Shown here in pieces: positions 11,646 through 26,260 of a stretch of 64,000 nucleotides of DNA; the stretch's first letter is position 1; every line of letters begins with the position of its first letter. Made by a program: the position numbers and the translations under genes. Under the pieces are notes generated by a model, which saw nothing but the letters and a program-made list of their open reading frames with translations, was not told the DNA's origin and made no database searches. Source of the stretch: Octopus vulgaris (Eukaryota); NCBI GenBank assembly GCA_951406725.2, contig OX597819.1, forward strand, positions 132,742,001-132,806,000. The letters are read 5' to 3'.

Positions 11646-12310
11646 TGTGTATTAGTGTTTTATACACATACCTACATACATACACACTCTCACACACACA
11701 TATCCATACTCAGACACACGATTACAAATTCACAGAATAATATTTCATTAAAAGCAGGTTTCGTAAGCACAAAGCTGCCAGTTGCAAACTCCGTACTCTG
11801 GATAACAAAATATGAAACAGGCCGTGACAAAAACGCCGTATAAGCGACGAGAAGCAAATATTCATGTAGGAAATAACGCTTTTAGAACCTTTAAACATTG
11901 GAGATCGAATATGACTGAAGTGGAGTGAGAGCAGGGTATATCGGGCTTACTACAAAGCTACGATGTTAACATCAAAGATAAGTATAACAGTATAAAAACG
12001 GGTGAATAAACGAAAAACGCCGATTTCCATTAACAATTCGCTAATAACAACAGAAATAAACATCATGGAAGCTAATAGATCAAAACAATGAAGAAAATTA
12101 AGAAGACAAAGAATTTGTATATAAACGAGGATGAGCATCTCGCGAAACAAAAATGGCAGCTTTTGGCAGGAGATCGGCGAGGCATGAAAGTCTTTGAATC
12201 GTGAAAAGGGAAGTTCAGTTCGTATATGCAGAAACACACGCGCGCCCACACATACACACTCACGCACACGCACATGTATACACAAACACATATATACACA
12301 CATGTGTTAC

Positions 12311-12350
<40 letters not shown>

Positions 12351-12472
12351 CATACGTAAATATATAGGGAGAATTCACACGCACACAAAAAACAAAACAA
12401 AACAAAGGACGAAGACAGGTGGTGTAGACAACAAACAGGTGTATTAGTATAACGCTCGGGAAATGAAAAAAG

Positions 12473-12510
12473 TCTTTAACGTTTCGAGCCTACGCTCCTC
12501 CACAGAAAGA
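12473..12510 (-). ncRNA. Hammerhead-like motif with variant core (CUGUGGA), in a pLTR-like fragment 12365-12510
   Basis: Reverse complement tcttt-CTGTGGA-g-gagc-gtag-gctc-GAAA-cGTT-aaaga; 5-bp stem I and 4-bp stem II are perfect. Confidence 0.65.
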
Positions 12511-12619
12511 TACATGGAGAGGTATATATACATAAATATGCACATACATATGGATATGTGTATATTTATATATATATATATATATATATATACATACAAT
12601 AATATATGTGTGTGTATAA

Positions 12620-12900
12620 AGCCGCATGGCTTAATGTTTAGTGTTTTGCACTCACGATTGCAAGACCATGATTTCGATTCTCAGACCGGGCGTTGCGCTG
12701 TGCAACGCTTAATCTCCCGCTGAGCAAAACACTTAATCTCCCGTTGTTCTGAGATCCTTTCATCATCTGACATGTATCACGTCCTCCACCTGTACAGGTA
12801 AGGTCAATTTGATGGAGTGAGTGAGCTCATATGGACACAAACATTTGATCACTATAAACAAATATTCTGTGTGATAATTTGTCTATAGTGAGATTGCAGA
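12620..12900 (+). mobile_element. tRNA-derived SINE (related copy on - strand at 16900-17140)
   Basis: A-box tggcttaatg, B-box-like tttcgattc; shared body cctgtacagg...tttgatggag...aaacatttgatc. Confidence 0.65.
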
Positions 12901-12988
12901 GCTCTCGTACGACATCTAACGACCGTAGAGTCAATGATATATACGAGGGTTTCTGAAAGGTTGGTTGCTTTAAGGGTATCGCGATGTA

Positions 12989-13218
12989 GGCGGCGAGCTG
13001 GCAGAAACGTTAGCACGCTGGGCGAAATGCGTAGCTGTATTTCGTCTGTCGTCACGTTCCGAGTTCAAATTCCGCCGAGGTCGACTTTGTCTTTCATCCT
13101 TTCGGGGTCGATAAATTAAGTACCAGTTACACACTGGGGTCGATATAATCGACTTAATCCGTTTGTCTGACCTTGTTTGTCCCGTCTGTGTTTAGCCCCT
13201 TGTGGGTAGTAAAGAAAT
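12989..13218 (+). mobile_element. tRNA-derived SINE with gtcgactttgcctttcatcctttcggggtcgataaa core
   Basis: Near-identical to 32885-33110 and related to 57360-57575 and 62586-62787; B-box gagttcaaattcc. Confidence 0.85.
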
Positions 13219-13388
13219 ATATATATACATTCTTGCTAGGCCGTTCTATATATCTGTTTTCTATTCGCAAATATACTTTTTACTTCCTGTGTCTTTTTTT
13301 ACATAAGCTTACTTTATATGTTTAAGAGCCATGGTAATATTTATATATGATCAAATGTTTTTGGAGGCGTGCTATTATAGATAAAGTC

Positions 13389-13446
<58 letters not shown>

Positions 13447-13527
13447 ATATATTTATATATATGTATATATATATATTTATATATATATATATATATACAC
13501 ATACACACACACATATATATATATATA

Positions 13528-14920
13528 CAGTCGTCCTCAAAATTGTTTATACTCCATAAAAAGTAACATTCTTTTGTTGATTCTTCATTTGTAAAAGCTA
13601 TAAAGTTGGTTCTTCCTGTGTGTCTTCTGTTACTATGCAAAAATCCACATTTGAGTTGGCTAACATTAATTTGCATAATAATAGATATGGCTTAAAGTTC
13701 ATTTTTGCACACGTTCAGAATTATTCACTTCCTGTAAATATGCTAATCTTTGTCCTATAGTTATTTCCAGAAGAGTATAAATGAAGTATAAAAAGAAGAA
13801 AATTGTTCGGGTCATTCTCGGTTTCTGATCATCATGGTGAAGAAGGATCTCAGTAAGGACCTACATCAACGTCTTGTGCATGTCCGCAGTGAGGAAGGGG
13901 TTACAAAGCCATTTCAAAGCAGTATGATGTCCCTGTGGCAACCGTCCAGAGCATAATCAACAAGCACAAGAGGTTCAACACCTAAAACCCTTAGTGGGCG
14001 TAGCAGGAAGCGTAAGGTGACTCCCAAACTTGTCGGGAAAATCTGACGAGAGGTCAACAAACCCCGAGAGGTCAAACAAAGCCCTAATTGAAACGCTTAA
14101 CTAGGCAGGGACGAAGGTGTCACGGCCCACCACTGAGCGAGTCTTGCACAGAGGAGGTCTCCCTGGACGCAGGCCTCGGAAGACACTGTTGCCCAGGAAG
14201 AAACATCTGGAGGCCTACCTGGCATTTGCTAGAGGTCATCTGAAACAAGATCCCAGGGTTTAGTCAACCATCTGGTGGTCTAATGAGACGAAGTTGGAGT
14301 TAATTTGCCACATGGATGCTAAATATGTCTGGGGGAAGAGAGGAGAAGAACACTGTGCCCACCAACAAACATGGTTGTAGAAACATAATGCTATGGGGAT
14401 GCTTCTTTTACAGTAGGAGGGGGAACCTTGTCAAGGTCCAAGCAATCATGAGAAAGAAGGATTATTTCAGGAAACTTGATGAAAACGTGAAGGAACCCGC
14501 TGAGAAGCTCCAACTCGGCCACAACTGGAAGGATCAGCAGAACAATGATCCGAGACATACTATCAAGGTAGGGAAGAGATGGTTCAAGGATAATGATGCC
14601 AATGTCCTAGAATGGTCAAGCCAGAGTCCTGACCTGAATCTGACGGAGAACTTGTGGCAAGACTTGAAGACCAAAGTGACGACAAGGAAATCGACCAATC
14701 TGACCCAGCTCGAGGATTTCGCCAAGAAAGAGTGGGCCAATCCCACAGGAAACTTGTAGGAAGCAGTCATAAAAAAACAAAGCAAAGGCTATTGACTATT
14801 AAAAAAAAAGATATTGGACTCAGGAAATCTAAGGAGTAAATAATTTTGAACATGGTATCTTTTGGAAATCCATGAATAAGAACGAAGAATTTCTGGAATG
14901 AAGAATTTCCTGAATTGTAT
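13528..14920 (+). mobile_element. Tc1-like DNA transposon, degenerate
   Basis: Starts TA|CAGT inside (TA)n; degenerate terminal and inner repeats (tcaaaattgtttatactcc vs ggagtaaataattttga); ends in (TA)n. Confidence 0.8.
13834..14800 (+). pseudogene. Tc1 transposase pseudogene
   Basis: GYKAISKQYDVPVATVQSII HTH, WSNETK (first D mutated), QQNNDPRHT, WSSQSPDLNLTENLW; frameshifts and stops. Confidence 0.9.
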
Positions 14921-14939
14921 ATATATATATAACTTACAG

Positions 14940-15092
14940 TTTCGCAGTCTGGTCGCATACAAGAAGGTGAGTGAACTGGAGCAACGTGAAATTGAGAGTT
15001 TTGCTCAAGAAAACAATGCATCACCCCGTCTGCGAATCGAAACCACAATCTTGTGATCCTGAGTGCAACACCCTAACGACTAGGACGCAGCT
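14940..15092 (-). mobile_element. SINE head fragment
   Basis: Reverse complement has cctagtcgttagggtgttgcactc...ggtttcgattcg and ttcacgttgctccagttcactc, as in 61811-61940. Confidence 0.65.
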
Positions 15093-15349
15093 TGATACAC
15101 ACACACAGAGGAGGAGACTGCACATTAAAATTTACCCTTTTAATTGTTGCCCAAGGGTGTATTAACGTTCTATGTCTACTCCAAAAGTAAAGAAATTAGG
15201 TTTATAAATGTGAAAACCCAAATGATTTTCATTGCTTCAGTTATAATCACTGTAATGTTTCGCTGTAGGAACTGATGAAATGAGCCCCTAAACTATTCGT
15301 GGAGGGGCGTGGCTTAGTGGTTAAGGTATTCAGTTTACGATCGTACGGT

Positions 15350-15790
15350 TGGGATGGGTCCTTTTTTCCAGTAATTCTTATCATTGATCTGTTCCTCTTC
15401 GGTCAGGCTTTCATCGACTTTTCAAAGATCCACTTCGAAACGCCGCTGCGAATCCACTTTTGTGGATCCTTTTGGCCTTCACTCATTATTATATCATCAT
15501 AATGCTGGTCACCTTCCGCGCCATGCTGGTTTCAATGACCCTGGGGGCTTCACTTCTCGGCTTGAACCAGCTGGACTAGACCAATGGGACGGGAAAAGGC
15601 CTGACTACATGACAATTCTCCCGTTCCGTGGTGGTGGTCATGTGACATCTTCATCGGCAACCTGCCAGACCAGGCTTTGCTGCTCGTCAAGTCGAGAAGG
15701 GAAAAATATCTAAATATCTCTGACAGATTTCTGGTTAGGCTTATGGCAGAAGAAGCCTCCGATCTTCTTGGCTCCCAGACTGTATCGGGG
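15350..15790 (+). mobile_element. CRE-clade non-LTR retrotransposon remnant (RLE domain)
   Basis: VDPFGLHSLL..NAGHLPRHAGFND..LEPAGLDQWDGKRPDYMTILPF matches the CRE-type knuckle plus RPDG endonuclease motif. Confidence 0.75.
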
Positions 15791-16899
15791 TAGAGATAGT
15801 CATCTGCAAGTGTGCCGCACTGGTTGTCCCAGCCTATTCCATGAGGCGGACTGACAAGCCTTGCCGCTGTAAATTATTTCTTTATCACATGTGCACTGAT
15901 TATTTTTGTAGTAGGGTAAATTTGTGCTCAGAATTATTACAAACATAAACATGTATGAATTGTATAGAGACATATAATGGTAAGTTGTAACCATTCCTGG
16001 TTTCTATTTATACTGCTATGGCTATCTTTACATGAGAGTCAGGTGATGGCAGGCATCGGTACATGCCATATATCGATAGCCATAATAAATATACTAAGCA
16101 TATTCTATAAAATGGATAAACACGACGTTCAAGATCCTTGCATTGCTCCAAGGTAATAGCGATTCCAATGAAACTGTTGCAGCCACGAATCGATATTTCG
16201 CTGCGGAATGGATTTATGATGAGTTATTTCTAAACACAGCACCTCGAGCAGGATATTGGATGATATGAAAGACATTTGAAGAGAGTTCGTTTGTTATTAT
16301 ACGATTTTGATAATATCGTTTGTAACATTTTGCAAAACCATGGAATGACATATCGTTTAATAAAAGATCGTCAAGGGAAGGTTCACAGAGGAGGACTTTC
16401 GAAGAGGAAACCCGAGACAAATATGTGCAGCTGGTGTCTTTTTTCCCCAATATTTCCTGCTGTCGGTAGTCTATTTCTTTGGGACAATGTATCAAATTTC
16501 TCAATAGATTTAGTGTAAGTAACTTTGACACAAATCAATATTATATCGTTGATATCTTTTAGTTTTTCCTTATAGCATTAGTCATGATAAGCGTATCATT
16601 AAGAAGATACGGTTATCATATCTAATTTATCATATAGTTATCATATTAAGAAGATAGTCGCTTCTTGACTACGAGTTCCAGCAACGTGATTCTGTGTGGC
16701 ATCTCAGCTAACTCTTTTCGGCTATGGCATCGAGTTGGCCAATATGTTGTGAATGGTATTTGGTATAGTTTATCTATGCAAAAGCGTAGTTACACACACA
16801 CACACATACACACGCACACGCACACACACGCACACATACGAACACGCACACACGTATGATGAAATATCCCGTCCAACACGACGTATGAGTATTCTGCTT

Positions 16900-17390
16900 T
16901 TACTGAACGACCTGCCACACAAAAACTGATTTGGTTATAGAGATCAAATGTTTGTGCCGCACATGGGCTCACGCCCTCCATCAAATCGATGTGGCCTGTA
17001 CAGGTGCATAAGTGTGCCACTCGTCAGAGATCGTCGAAATGAAATATTTTATGCAAGAACACAACGCGCCGCCTGGCCTGGGAATCGAACCCCTGACCGA
17101 GCGATAGTGAGTGCAATACCCTAACCACTTGGCCACACACCTTCATACATGTATGAGTGTATGCATATGTGTATCTTTTATCTTTTACTTGTTTCAGACA
17201 TGAGACTACGGCCAAGCTGGGGCACCGCTTCAAGAAGTTTGGTCGCATGAACCGATCTCCAGTATATCTATTTTTAAAGCCTCATACGTATTCTATCGAT
17301 TTCTATTTACCGAACTGTGCGGTTACAAGGACGTAAACACATCATCACTGGTTGTCAAACAGAGGTGGAGGACAAGTACAAAGACACACA
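16900..17390 (-). mobile_element. Two adjacent SINE fragments
   Basis: 16900-17140 resembles the reverse complement of 12620-12900; 17180-17390 resembles the reverse complement of the 28480-28687 tail. Confidence 0.65.
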
Positions 17391-17452
17391 AGAACACGCA
17401 CACACTCACTCACACACACACACGCACACGTACACTCACACACTCACACACG

Positions 17453-17493
<41 letters not shown>

Positions 17494-17701
17494 TCATATA
17501 TATACGAGTAAGCACATGAATGCAAAGCAAGGTGGAAACAAATAGTACTCGAATACCGAAGGTAGAGTAACATGCTTCATTCTAAACAAAACTGCTTTAT
17601 GATGCTTTTGCAGTTTCAAGAGAAAAACGTATTCATATATATTCTTTTACTGGTTTCAGTCATTTCCCTGCGGTCATACTGGAGCGTATATATATATATA
17701 C

Positions 17702-17819
<118 letters not shown>

Positions 17820-17903
17820 CATATACATACACACACAGATATTCTTTCTCTCTCACACGCACGCACTTACACACAGATTCTCTCTTTCTCTTTCTCTCTC
17901 CCT

Positions 17904-17943
<40 letters not shown>

Positions 17944-18018
17944 CATATATACACACATATACAAGCACACACACACATATATGTACCTATGTAAGTACGG
18001 AGAAACAAGAGAGCTAGG

Positions 18019-18056
<38 letters not shown>

Positions 18057-18179
18057 AGGAAACATATGAATTTATGAGCCTAAACCAATAAACATTATAT
18101 GCAAATCTTGTAGTCACCACAAAAGTTTTGTGCTAAGTGTTATCTGTGTGTGTATGTGAGTGTGCGTGCGTGTGCGTGT

Positions 18180-18217
<38 letters not shown>

Positions 18218-20039
18218 ATGTGTGAAAGAAATGTAGAGTAAAAATAAAAGATATAAAAACAATAAAAAAAAACATTCTGAACTCGATAATAGTCTGCGAT
18301 AACAAATCATTTTTCCTTGGCTGAATTGAGTGAAACTGTTTAATGCCAGCAATTGAACGAGGTTATTACTGAATAAACTGAGGTTTATTGACCAGATAAA
18401 ATGTGTCAAATGGGAAACAAATAGTCGATTAGTTTCACGGCATACATATATTGGAAACTAGTTGGCGATCAGTAACTGATAGAGGCAATTAGTGTCAAAA
18501 TAATTGACGATAAACAATATTATATTTGCGTCGTTGACAAGCTGATGACATCTGACCAATGTTTGAGTGATAAACCTTTGTGTCTTACCCGATCGGTTAA
18601 TATAAGTAAATCTGCCGGGCAAATTAACAGCATATCACAATGGTTGCGGGCTATTAACCATTATACAGATGGCACTTGTGGAAACCGATCCAGCTTTTTC
18701 TATAATGTTTCTTAGATCGTATATTGATGCCAGAACCAAAACATTTCCATTACAGCAATCGACATTGATTTTACTAGTAAGAACAAGTAAGTTCTATTGC
18801 CTATTGAACTTCCAAAGTTACATGTATTTGAATCTGAGTTAATTCCTATTTAAGATTGAAATCGATATGTAAGGATTGAATACTAAAAAACACATTTTTT
18901 TTCTGTTTTGTATTTAATATGTTTGTTGACGTCAGTATTTCGTTGCTTTTTGGATAAAATAAATATTTCACTTTAAATCAGAGTTTGAGAGTAGAAATAA
19001 AAACGAACATAAAGAAGCAATGGAAACCTGTGTCGTGGGGCCGATTGCGAAATGATAAAAGCAAAACAAAAAAGTAAATTAATTTCAAAACTAATAAATG
19101 TTTATGTTGGAGTTTTTTTTCTTTCTCGAACAGAAATACTAACTTTTATTCTTGTACGTGCATTCCGGAAATAGGCCACATATTAAAAGATGTTCAGAAC
19201 GTCGGCTGCGATATTGAATGAAGCAGTTAAAACATTCATTCATCCTTCTGGGAATACTCTGGCATTTATCAATAAAAATATTCTATTTCAGAATGAAAGC
19301 AACTATTGATCTGGCGACGAGTCAATTTGATTTTTTTGATGTTTTATCTGTCACTTCATCTTTTCCAAACAACCACAACCGACTGATTGTAATGAATGGT
19401 TGGAAATTTGACACTTCAGAGAGAACCTGCCAGTAACTTTCTAAGAACTCTTATGGATGTTCGATATTGTTAAAGATTAATGAGATAAGACAAAGATATT
19501 CCTTTGCACGTTATAACTCACCGCCAGTCCAACTGAAGCCTAATGGATACCATTCACCGCTTTATACTTATAGTAATGATTAACATAAGTAGTTTATAGC
19601 ATTCGATGGTGTCACGTCACTTTGTTACTGATCTATCAAAATGGTACCCTACACCTGTGCTAATATTACTGATACCTCAAGCTATAGTTTACATTATCGT
19701 TAACATATGCGCCAGACACAGGACACCTTTGTTGTGTCATCTTATAGATAGCTCAGTTACTGATAATAAAGCAAAGTTAAAGTGTTCAGTAGAAAGAAGT
19801 TGCAAACAGAGGTGTTCGAATCTTTCTCTTCTCATATTTCACGCGTAAAATCGTTTGGAACAACTGTTTTGTAAGCCCGACACCAACAAAGTAATTGTAT
19901 CACTGTTGTTTGCTATTACAAATTCATTACCTTACCCTCAGCAATTACATGTGATTAATTAGTATAAATCAAAATCTACTAGCTAATACTATTCAGTTAA
20001 TTTCACAATAGTATTTTTTCAACAACTTTATCACAACAT

Positions 20040-20960
20040 AAATTACTTTTAACCGAGGGTTTATTCTAGAAAGTCGTTAAGTGCAGCCAGTGGATTGTTT
20101 GAAATTACCCACGGGAGAGATATTGAAGAGAATAGAGAAGGAAGGGTACGGGTATCTGGGCATATTGGAAGTAGGTGAAGTAATGGAAGGTCAAAGGAAG
20201 AAGCTATTCTCTCAGGAGTATTAGAAGGCTGAGATTGATTCTGAAGACTAAACTCAATGAAAGAAATAAGTTCCAAGCAATAAATACAGGGACAATCACT
20301 GTTGAGATACGGAGCTGAAGTGATACATTAGCGATCAGAGGAGCCGGCATTTTTGGACGAGAAAACAAAGAAATTGGTGACAATACGCGGTGTGCCTCGC
20401 CCACTAAGTGATGTTGGCAGGCTACACATGGGAAGGAAGAAAGGAGGACGGAGACTGATGCGTTATAATGACTGCATTCAGACAAAGAAGGACAATATTG
20501 TTTGATGTATAAAGAATACAAAGAAAGCACTGCTCGTACGAGTAATCAAAACATGATGAAATAAAAATAAAGACAGGAACAAAGAGGGATAACAACTGGA
20601 AGGATAAGAGAGAGAGAGAGAGGGGGGAGAGAGAGGGGGGAAGAGAGAGAGAGGAGAGACAGAGGGAGGGATACCAAGGGACTCAGACCCAGAGAAAAGA
20701 TAGTTGTGATTTACTAAAAACGACCTGAAACTTGAAACAGAGGTCTCGATATGTGCAGCACAGGAACAAGTGTTGGGGACAAACTACAAAGTACGGAATT
20801 GACCATTCCTCAGATTCTGACAACTGCAGAGTGTGTGAGGAAAATTGCAGGCTAGTCTGGCTTGTACGTATGTATGTGTGACAGGGTAGCTCAGTACATA
20901 CACCGGTCAATATACGGCACATACAACACCCAGCAGAAAAAACAATTGGTAGCCAAAACA
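20040..20960 (+). mobile_element. Highly degenerate RLE LINE fragment
   Basis: Residual YGYLGIL, LETEVSICAAQEQVLGT and NCRVC motifs; ends at an (AAT)n tract. Confidence 0.65.
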
Positions 20961-20983
20961 ACAATAATAATAATAATAATAAT

Positions 20984-22270
20984 ATTTGTCTTATGTTTGA
21001 TCCCCCTCAGGTTAGTATCTAGGAAGGCAAAGGCAGGGTATCAGTTCAGGAATAGTAAGGGAAAAATTAACCATTTGCTCTATGTGGTTGATATGAAGCT
21101 TTTTAGTAAGAATGAAAAAGAGATAGAACCTTTAATACAGACTGAAAGATTCTTCAGCAAAGATATGGGCATGGAATTTGGCAGAGATAAGTGTGTGATA
21201 TTAGTCATGAGAAGGGGACAGGTAGTCAACAGTGAAGGCATCCAATTACCAGATGGTCAGAAGGGGGAGAGAGATATAAGTATCTAGGAGTATTAGAATC
21301 TGACAGAGTACTAACTACAAGAATGAAAAGGAGTACATCAGAAGGTGAGGAAGCTAATGAAGGCAAAGCTAAATGGTTCGAATCTTGTGAAGGCTGTGAA
21401 TACTTGGGCAGCATCATTACTTCGGTACTCAGCAGCTTTTGTAGATTGGAGAAAAACTGAATTAGGAAAGCTAGAGAGAAGAACTAGGAAGGGATTCAAT
21501 ATGAATGGAGGACTCCAACCAAGGGCAGGAGCAGCAAGATTATACTTACTTAGAAAGGCAAATGGAAGAGGGTGAATATCAGTGGAAGACTGCGTGGAGT
21601 TAGAGTAGACAGAGGCTCCTATGTGGATAATAGTGAAGAAAGTTTATTAAGGACTGCTAGAGTCACAAAACGACATAGGGAAACCAAAACACCAAACGAA
21701 CTTTTAAAAAGAAACAGAAATAAGAACAGAAATTATCTGACTGGCAGGACAAGGTGTTGCATGGTAGATTCCCAAAGATAGTTGCAGTAAATAGTTGTAG
21801 TTAGACATGGTTATGGCTGCAGAAAAGGAAAGCTGAAGAAGGAGACAGAAAGTTTGTTAGCTACACAAGATCATGCATTAAGGACTAATCGGATAAAAGC
21901 CAAGATAGGCAAAAACCAAATAAATTCCCAATGTAGATTATACAAATCAAAAGAGGAAAGCGTTACTCATATATTAAGTGACTGTAGCATGTTGGCACAG
22001 AAAGAATACAAGAAAAGACATGACAACATAGAATGAGTAATCCACTGGGAGTTATGTAGAAAGCTAGGATTTGAACATACTGATAAATTGTATGAGCATG
22101 AACCTAGTAAAGTACTGGAAAGTAAAAAATACGAGATGTGGGATTTTGAGATTCAAACTGACAGAGTAATAGAATCTATAAGGCCTGATTTGGTAATAGT
22201 AGATAAAGAGAATGGAAAGTGCCAGGTAAGTGACTTTACAGCCCCAAATGATGAAAGATTACGCAACAAG
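20984..22270 (+). mobile_element. Degenerate R4/Dong-like RLE LINE (RT to endonuclease)
   Basis: INHLLYVVDMKLF, FSKDMGMEFGRDKC, YKYLGVL, CRLY..ESVTHILSDC..RHD, RPDLVIVDK; starts after (AAT)n. Confidence 0.85.
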
Positions 22271-22759
22271 GGGTTCACAATCAATTCCATGTAGTCGCAA
22301 CTAAAGTTGTTGGAAAAGACTCATGGGTTTGGCTGAAGAAAGGAACACTGAAAAAGAGAGACTGACAGCACCAAATTAGCAGCGCAGGACCAAGCTTTCG
22401 CCATGATTTCGAGGGTCAACCTTAGGAATGAGCATGAGTCTTCGCTGTGCCGCATTTATAATAGACCCGCTGCATACGAAAGACTCCAGGAGTTGCAACA
22501 AAACCTGAGGCAAAAAGAAAAATAAGTCACAAAGCTTGGAAGTTAAGCTGGGACTTTATTTTATTGTCCTCGAACGGATGAAAAAGAAAGCTGACTTGGG
22601 TAGGACTTGAGCCGGAAGAAATGCCGCTAAGCATTTTTTCCAATGCACTAACAATTTCGCCAGCTACATAATTACAATAATTTAACACAAGGCCAGGAAT
22701 TTTTGAGGAGGGTGGAAAGTGTAGACCCCAATATTTAACTGGTAAATATTTCATCACAG

Positions 22760-22835
<76 letters not shown>

Positions 22836-22875
22836 GAACAACAACAACAACAACAATAATAATAATAATAATAAA
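22760..22875 (+). repeat. (AAT)n/(AAC)n microsatellite
   Basis: Direct reading. Confidence 0.95.
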
Positions 22876-23482
22876 TGTAATAAACTGAAGCAGTATCTGT
22901 TGTCCATGCAAAGTGTGCTGTTCTGTCTCGGCAGTCTCTACCTGCCTATCTCAAATGTACAGTTATAAAGTAATGATTTATCGACTCGGAATAACTAAGC
23001 TAAATTTAAATTCACAAAAAAATACATAATCTTGTTCTTTTCTACAAATCGATAAACTGTATTTGCAAATATAATCATAGAAAAATCAATACGCTGACAG
23101 ATATTGGTAAAGATCTGTCATCGAATAACCCACTAGGTTTTTCTACAGAATATAGATTGGGAAGAACTCTCATAGTTATTTAGTTATTGTGCTTCTGTAA
23201 ATGGAGCTGAACATATGTAAAAATATCTCTCATACAGTCGTGAATGATTTTCACAATGACCATTACGATGTATGTGTGTGTGTATTGTGTGTACATTCGT
23301 ATACGTATAACGTGCATATTTGTATGTGTTTATACATATATATGCACACATAGATCTCTCTCGTCAAAATGTATATATACATAAATATAAATATATGCAT
23401 ACATATATATATATATTGTTTATGTATCAGTATTTATAGCATAATGATAGCATAGAGGTATATATAAATACACACACACATC

Positions 23483-23514
<32 letters not shown>

Positions 23515-23557
23515 CCTATATTCTATTATTATATTATAAATGCTATTATATATAGGT

Positions 23558-23594
<37 letters not shown>

Positions 23595-25299
23595 AATGTA
23601 TGCATGTATGTATGTATGTATGTATGTATGTATGTATGTATGTATGTATGGTTGGATGGATGGATGGATGGATGAATGTGTAAATGTAAGTGTGTGTGTA
23701 TATGTGTGTGTAGCTGGTTGTGAATGTGGTCTGTCTGTCATGGCTGTCAGCGAATTATCTTCTACAGAGGCAGCTTGCACAGTCGACTGCGAGATAACAC
23801 GAGCGTGATGACTTCTGAAGCAGATCGACCATTGTGCTGGCACTAACAATAGAATTATACATCATGATTCTATGCAAGAATCGTCCATGGTGGTAACACC
23901 ATACATATATTCCACAGAATATGGCGATATTAACGTTTTATAGCGCCAGTCCATACTTCTCTGCGTTCAAATACCTCACAGAAAGGTGATGTAATCTTAT
24001 TACGAAATATTAACAATGTTTCTTTCTTTTTTATACGCGGCCATTTGTAATATTTCTTTTTTTTTATTTTTCTTCATTTTAGAGACTGTTTAAAGGTGCA
24101 TAAAAGCTTTCTTCTTCCTTACAGCTTAAAAAAAAAAAACGGGTGAGATATGTCAGAGAGGGTAGAACCCCGTATTGACTAGCTAGCAGATAATATTGAA
24201 CTCTGCCCGTTGCTCCGATCTGCTTCGTCGTTCTTTCTACTGGAATCAATAAGACAACTGCAAACGGCGGGGGGTGTCAATTCGGCCGATTCTCTGCTGC
24301 TGACCTCTACAAGTTTTATATTAGTTTATTATTTTGTGATATTCTAAGATACATGCGCTGCGTTATCTGCGGCGCTGAAATGGCAGAAGTAGCAAATAAC
24401 GGAATAAAAGATCAGGAATCAGTACCATTTATCTGCGCCCCGAGAACAATTTCTAAATTGCTTTTTTTATCTGTCCAAGATCGATAGAATAAGTATTAGT
24501 CTATTAGTCTTGTATTGATGTGAGGTTAATCGACCTCTGAGTTAAGTTGCAATTGAGAGCAATGATTATTTTAAGGGCAGCAGAGCAAAGGAGTAACCTG
24601 TAAGGTAATTTACACGTGGGCCTATGCGAAGGTCATATTTTGGTGATGTAGAAATATATATATTTCTATCGAAAAGACATGAAAACCATACATTTTAGGA
24701 GAAGGGAAATGGTAAAATCTAGCTTTTTATGGCCTTGTGCCTGGAATCAGCAACTTGATATAAAGAAATGGTTCCAATCCAGAAAGAAACTGTACCACAT
24801 ATTCTTCCCAGAATGCTAGAAGCTCTACCGTAACATCATAGAATCTTTACAATTCCAGTTTTATGTATATAAAAATAGCTTGTTTTTCTTTGTAAATGTA
24901 TAAATCAAGTTATATATTTTAGTTTTTGAACCGCAAAAATAGTGATACCAAATTATCTAAGATAATCCATTCAAACTAAAATATCGTTTCGGCATTTTCT
25001 TTTAAAATAAGAAGTCAAAAGTGATAATTTAATAAGAAGTTAGATATAGAAAAACCGCTGAGACTTATTGGATATTAATACAACTGCTTTTATATCTTCA
25101 CGGCAATTTTAACTGATGTTAGAAAAGGCGTTAATTTCTGCTTGACTAGGATTTTTCGTTTCGGTGAATTATATAAACTGTAGAATAGAATAATCCAAAT
25201 GTTGCTTTTGTGTTTGTTAACATTGCAAAGAAAATATACAATGGTTTATATCAGTGATGGATAACATTGATAGAATATAGTAAAACAGAACAAAAAATA

Positions 25300-26260
25300 A
25301 GCTTCCGGCAAGTCGTTTTAAAAACTTTTTTTGGTTTACTGGAAGAGGTAGTACCCATGTCTGTTACAAGGGCATGTGCAAGAACGGAACAGCAGAGGAC
25401 TGATACTATGGGGAGAAGGAATGGTCCTAGAGGTTTGTACGGGGTCTGGGCATTTAGAGGTGGGTGACGAAACGAAAGTCGATTGAATTAAGACAAGCTC
25501 AGTCCGGGTGGCACGATGTTATCTTTCTCCGAGAAATTTAAGCCATGGTAGAAAGAATAAGATTGGAGAGACATAAGATGTGAGCCAAAGACTGGTGCGT
25601 ATCCCTTGGTGAGATTATTCCACTGAGTCGAGCAGTCTTCTTGTGTGTTTAGCAGCAGCGACGGCCCGGACATAGAGACGATACCTCAATATTGGTGACA
25701 GTTGAGATCCTAGTCATGAGTTTAAGTATTTTGGGGGCTTTAAAGAGAAAGGTCAGTCTTCGAAATCGATGCAGTATATATGTTGTATTGAGAATGTGTG
25801 TTCACCAGAAAATCAGTGATTGTCAGGCCATGAATCCAGTGCGATTAAGGAATTGTCAAACGTGGTGCTTTATCGGGGGGGGGGGGATTGTGTTTTTTGT
25901 TGCCGAAGTAGAAAAGATGGTTTCATTTCCACTGAAAATGTTTGTGAGTTCGCTAAACATTTATCGGTGAAGAATTTGGTTTCGTATATCTAATTTGCAA
26001 GTGGATGATAGTTTTATGCAAAAGGCTGCGAAGAAATAAAAGATATCACACATGGAAGTGTGATTGTTATTATAGGTGACAACAGGATGTTCGTGTAGAG
26101 GAGAGAGTGAGGCAATGCAGCAGGCTTGACAGAACGGTTAGATCAGTATCTATTACGATGGTAAGATCTCAAAGAAGGTTAACGAGCCAAGAGATGATAG
26201 AGTAACAGAACCCAATGACGAGTAAAACCTGCAAGTAAGGTGTTGCTCCTTAGCATTGCT
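25300..26260 (-). mobile_element. Possible old APE-type LINE remnant
   Basis: Weak: DLNCHQY (GDFNxH-like) and downstream PLG on the minus strand; many disablements. Confidence 0.3.

Noticed and set aside
23700-24620. Possible host exons in unique, moderately GC-rich sequence
   Set aside because: Isolated AG/GT signals only, with no recognisable reading frame; small or UTR exons cannot be excluded without RNA-seq.
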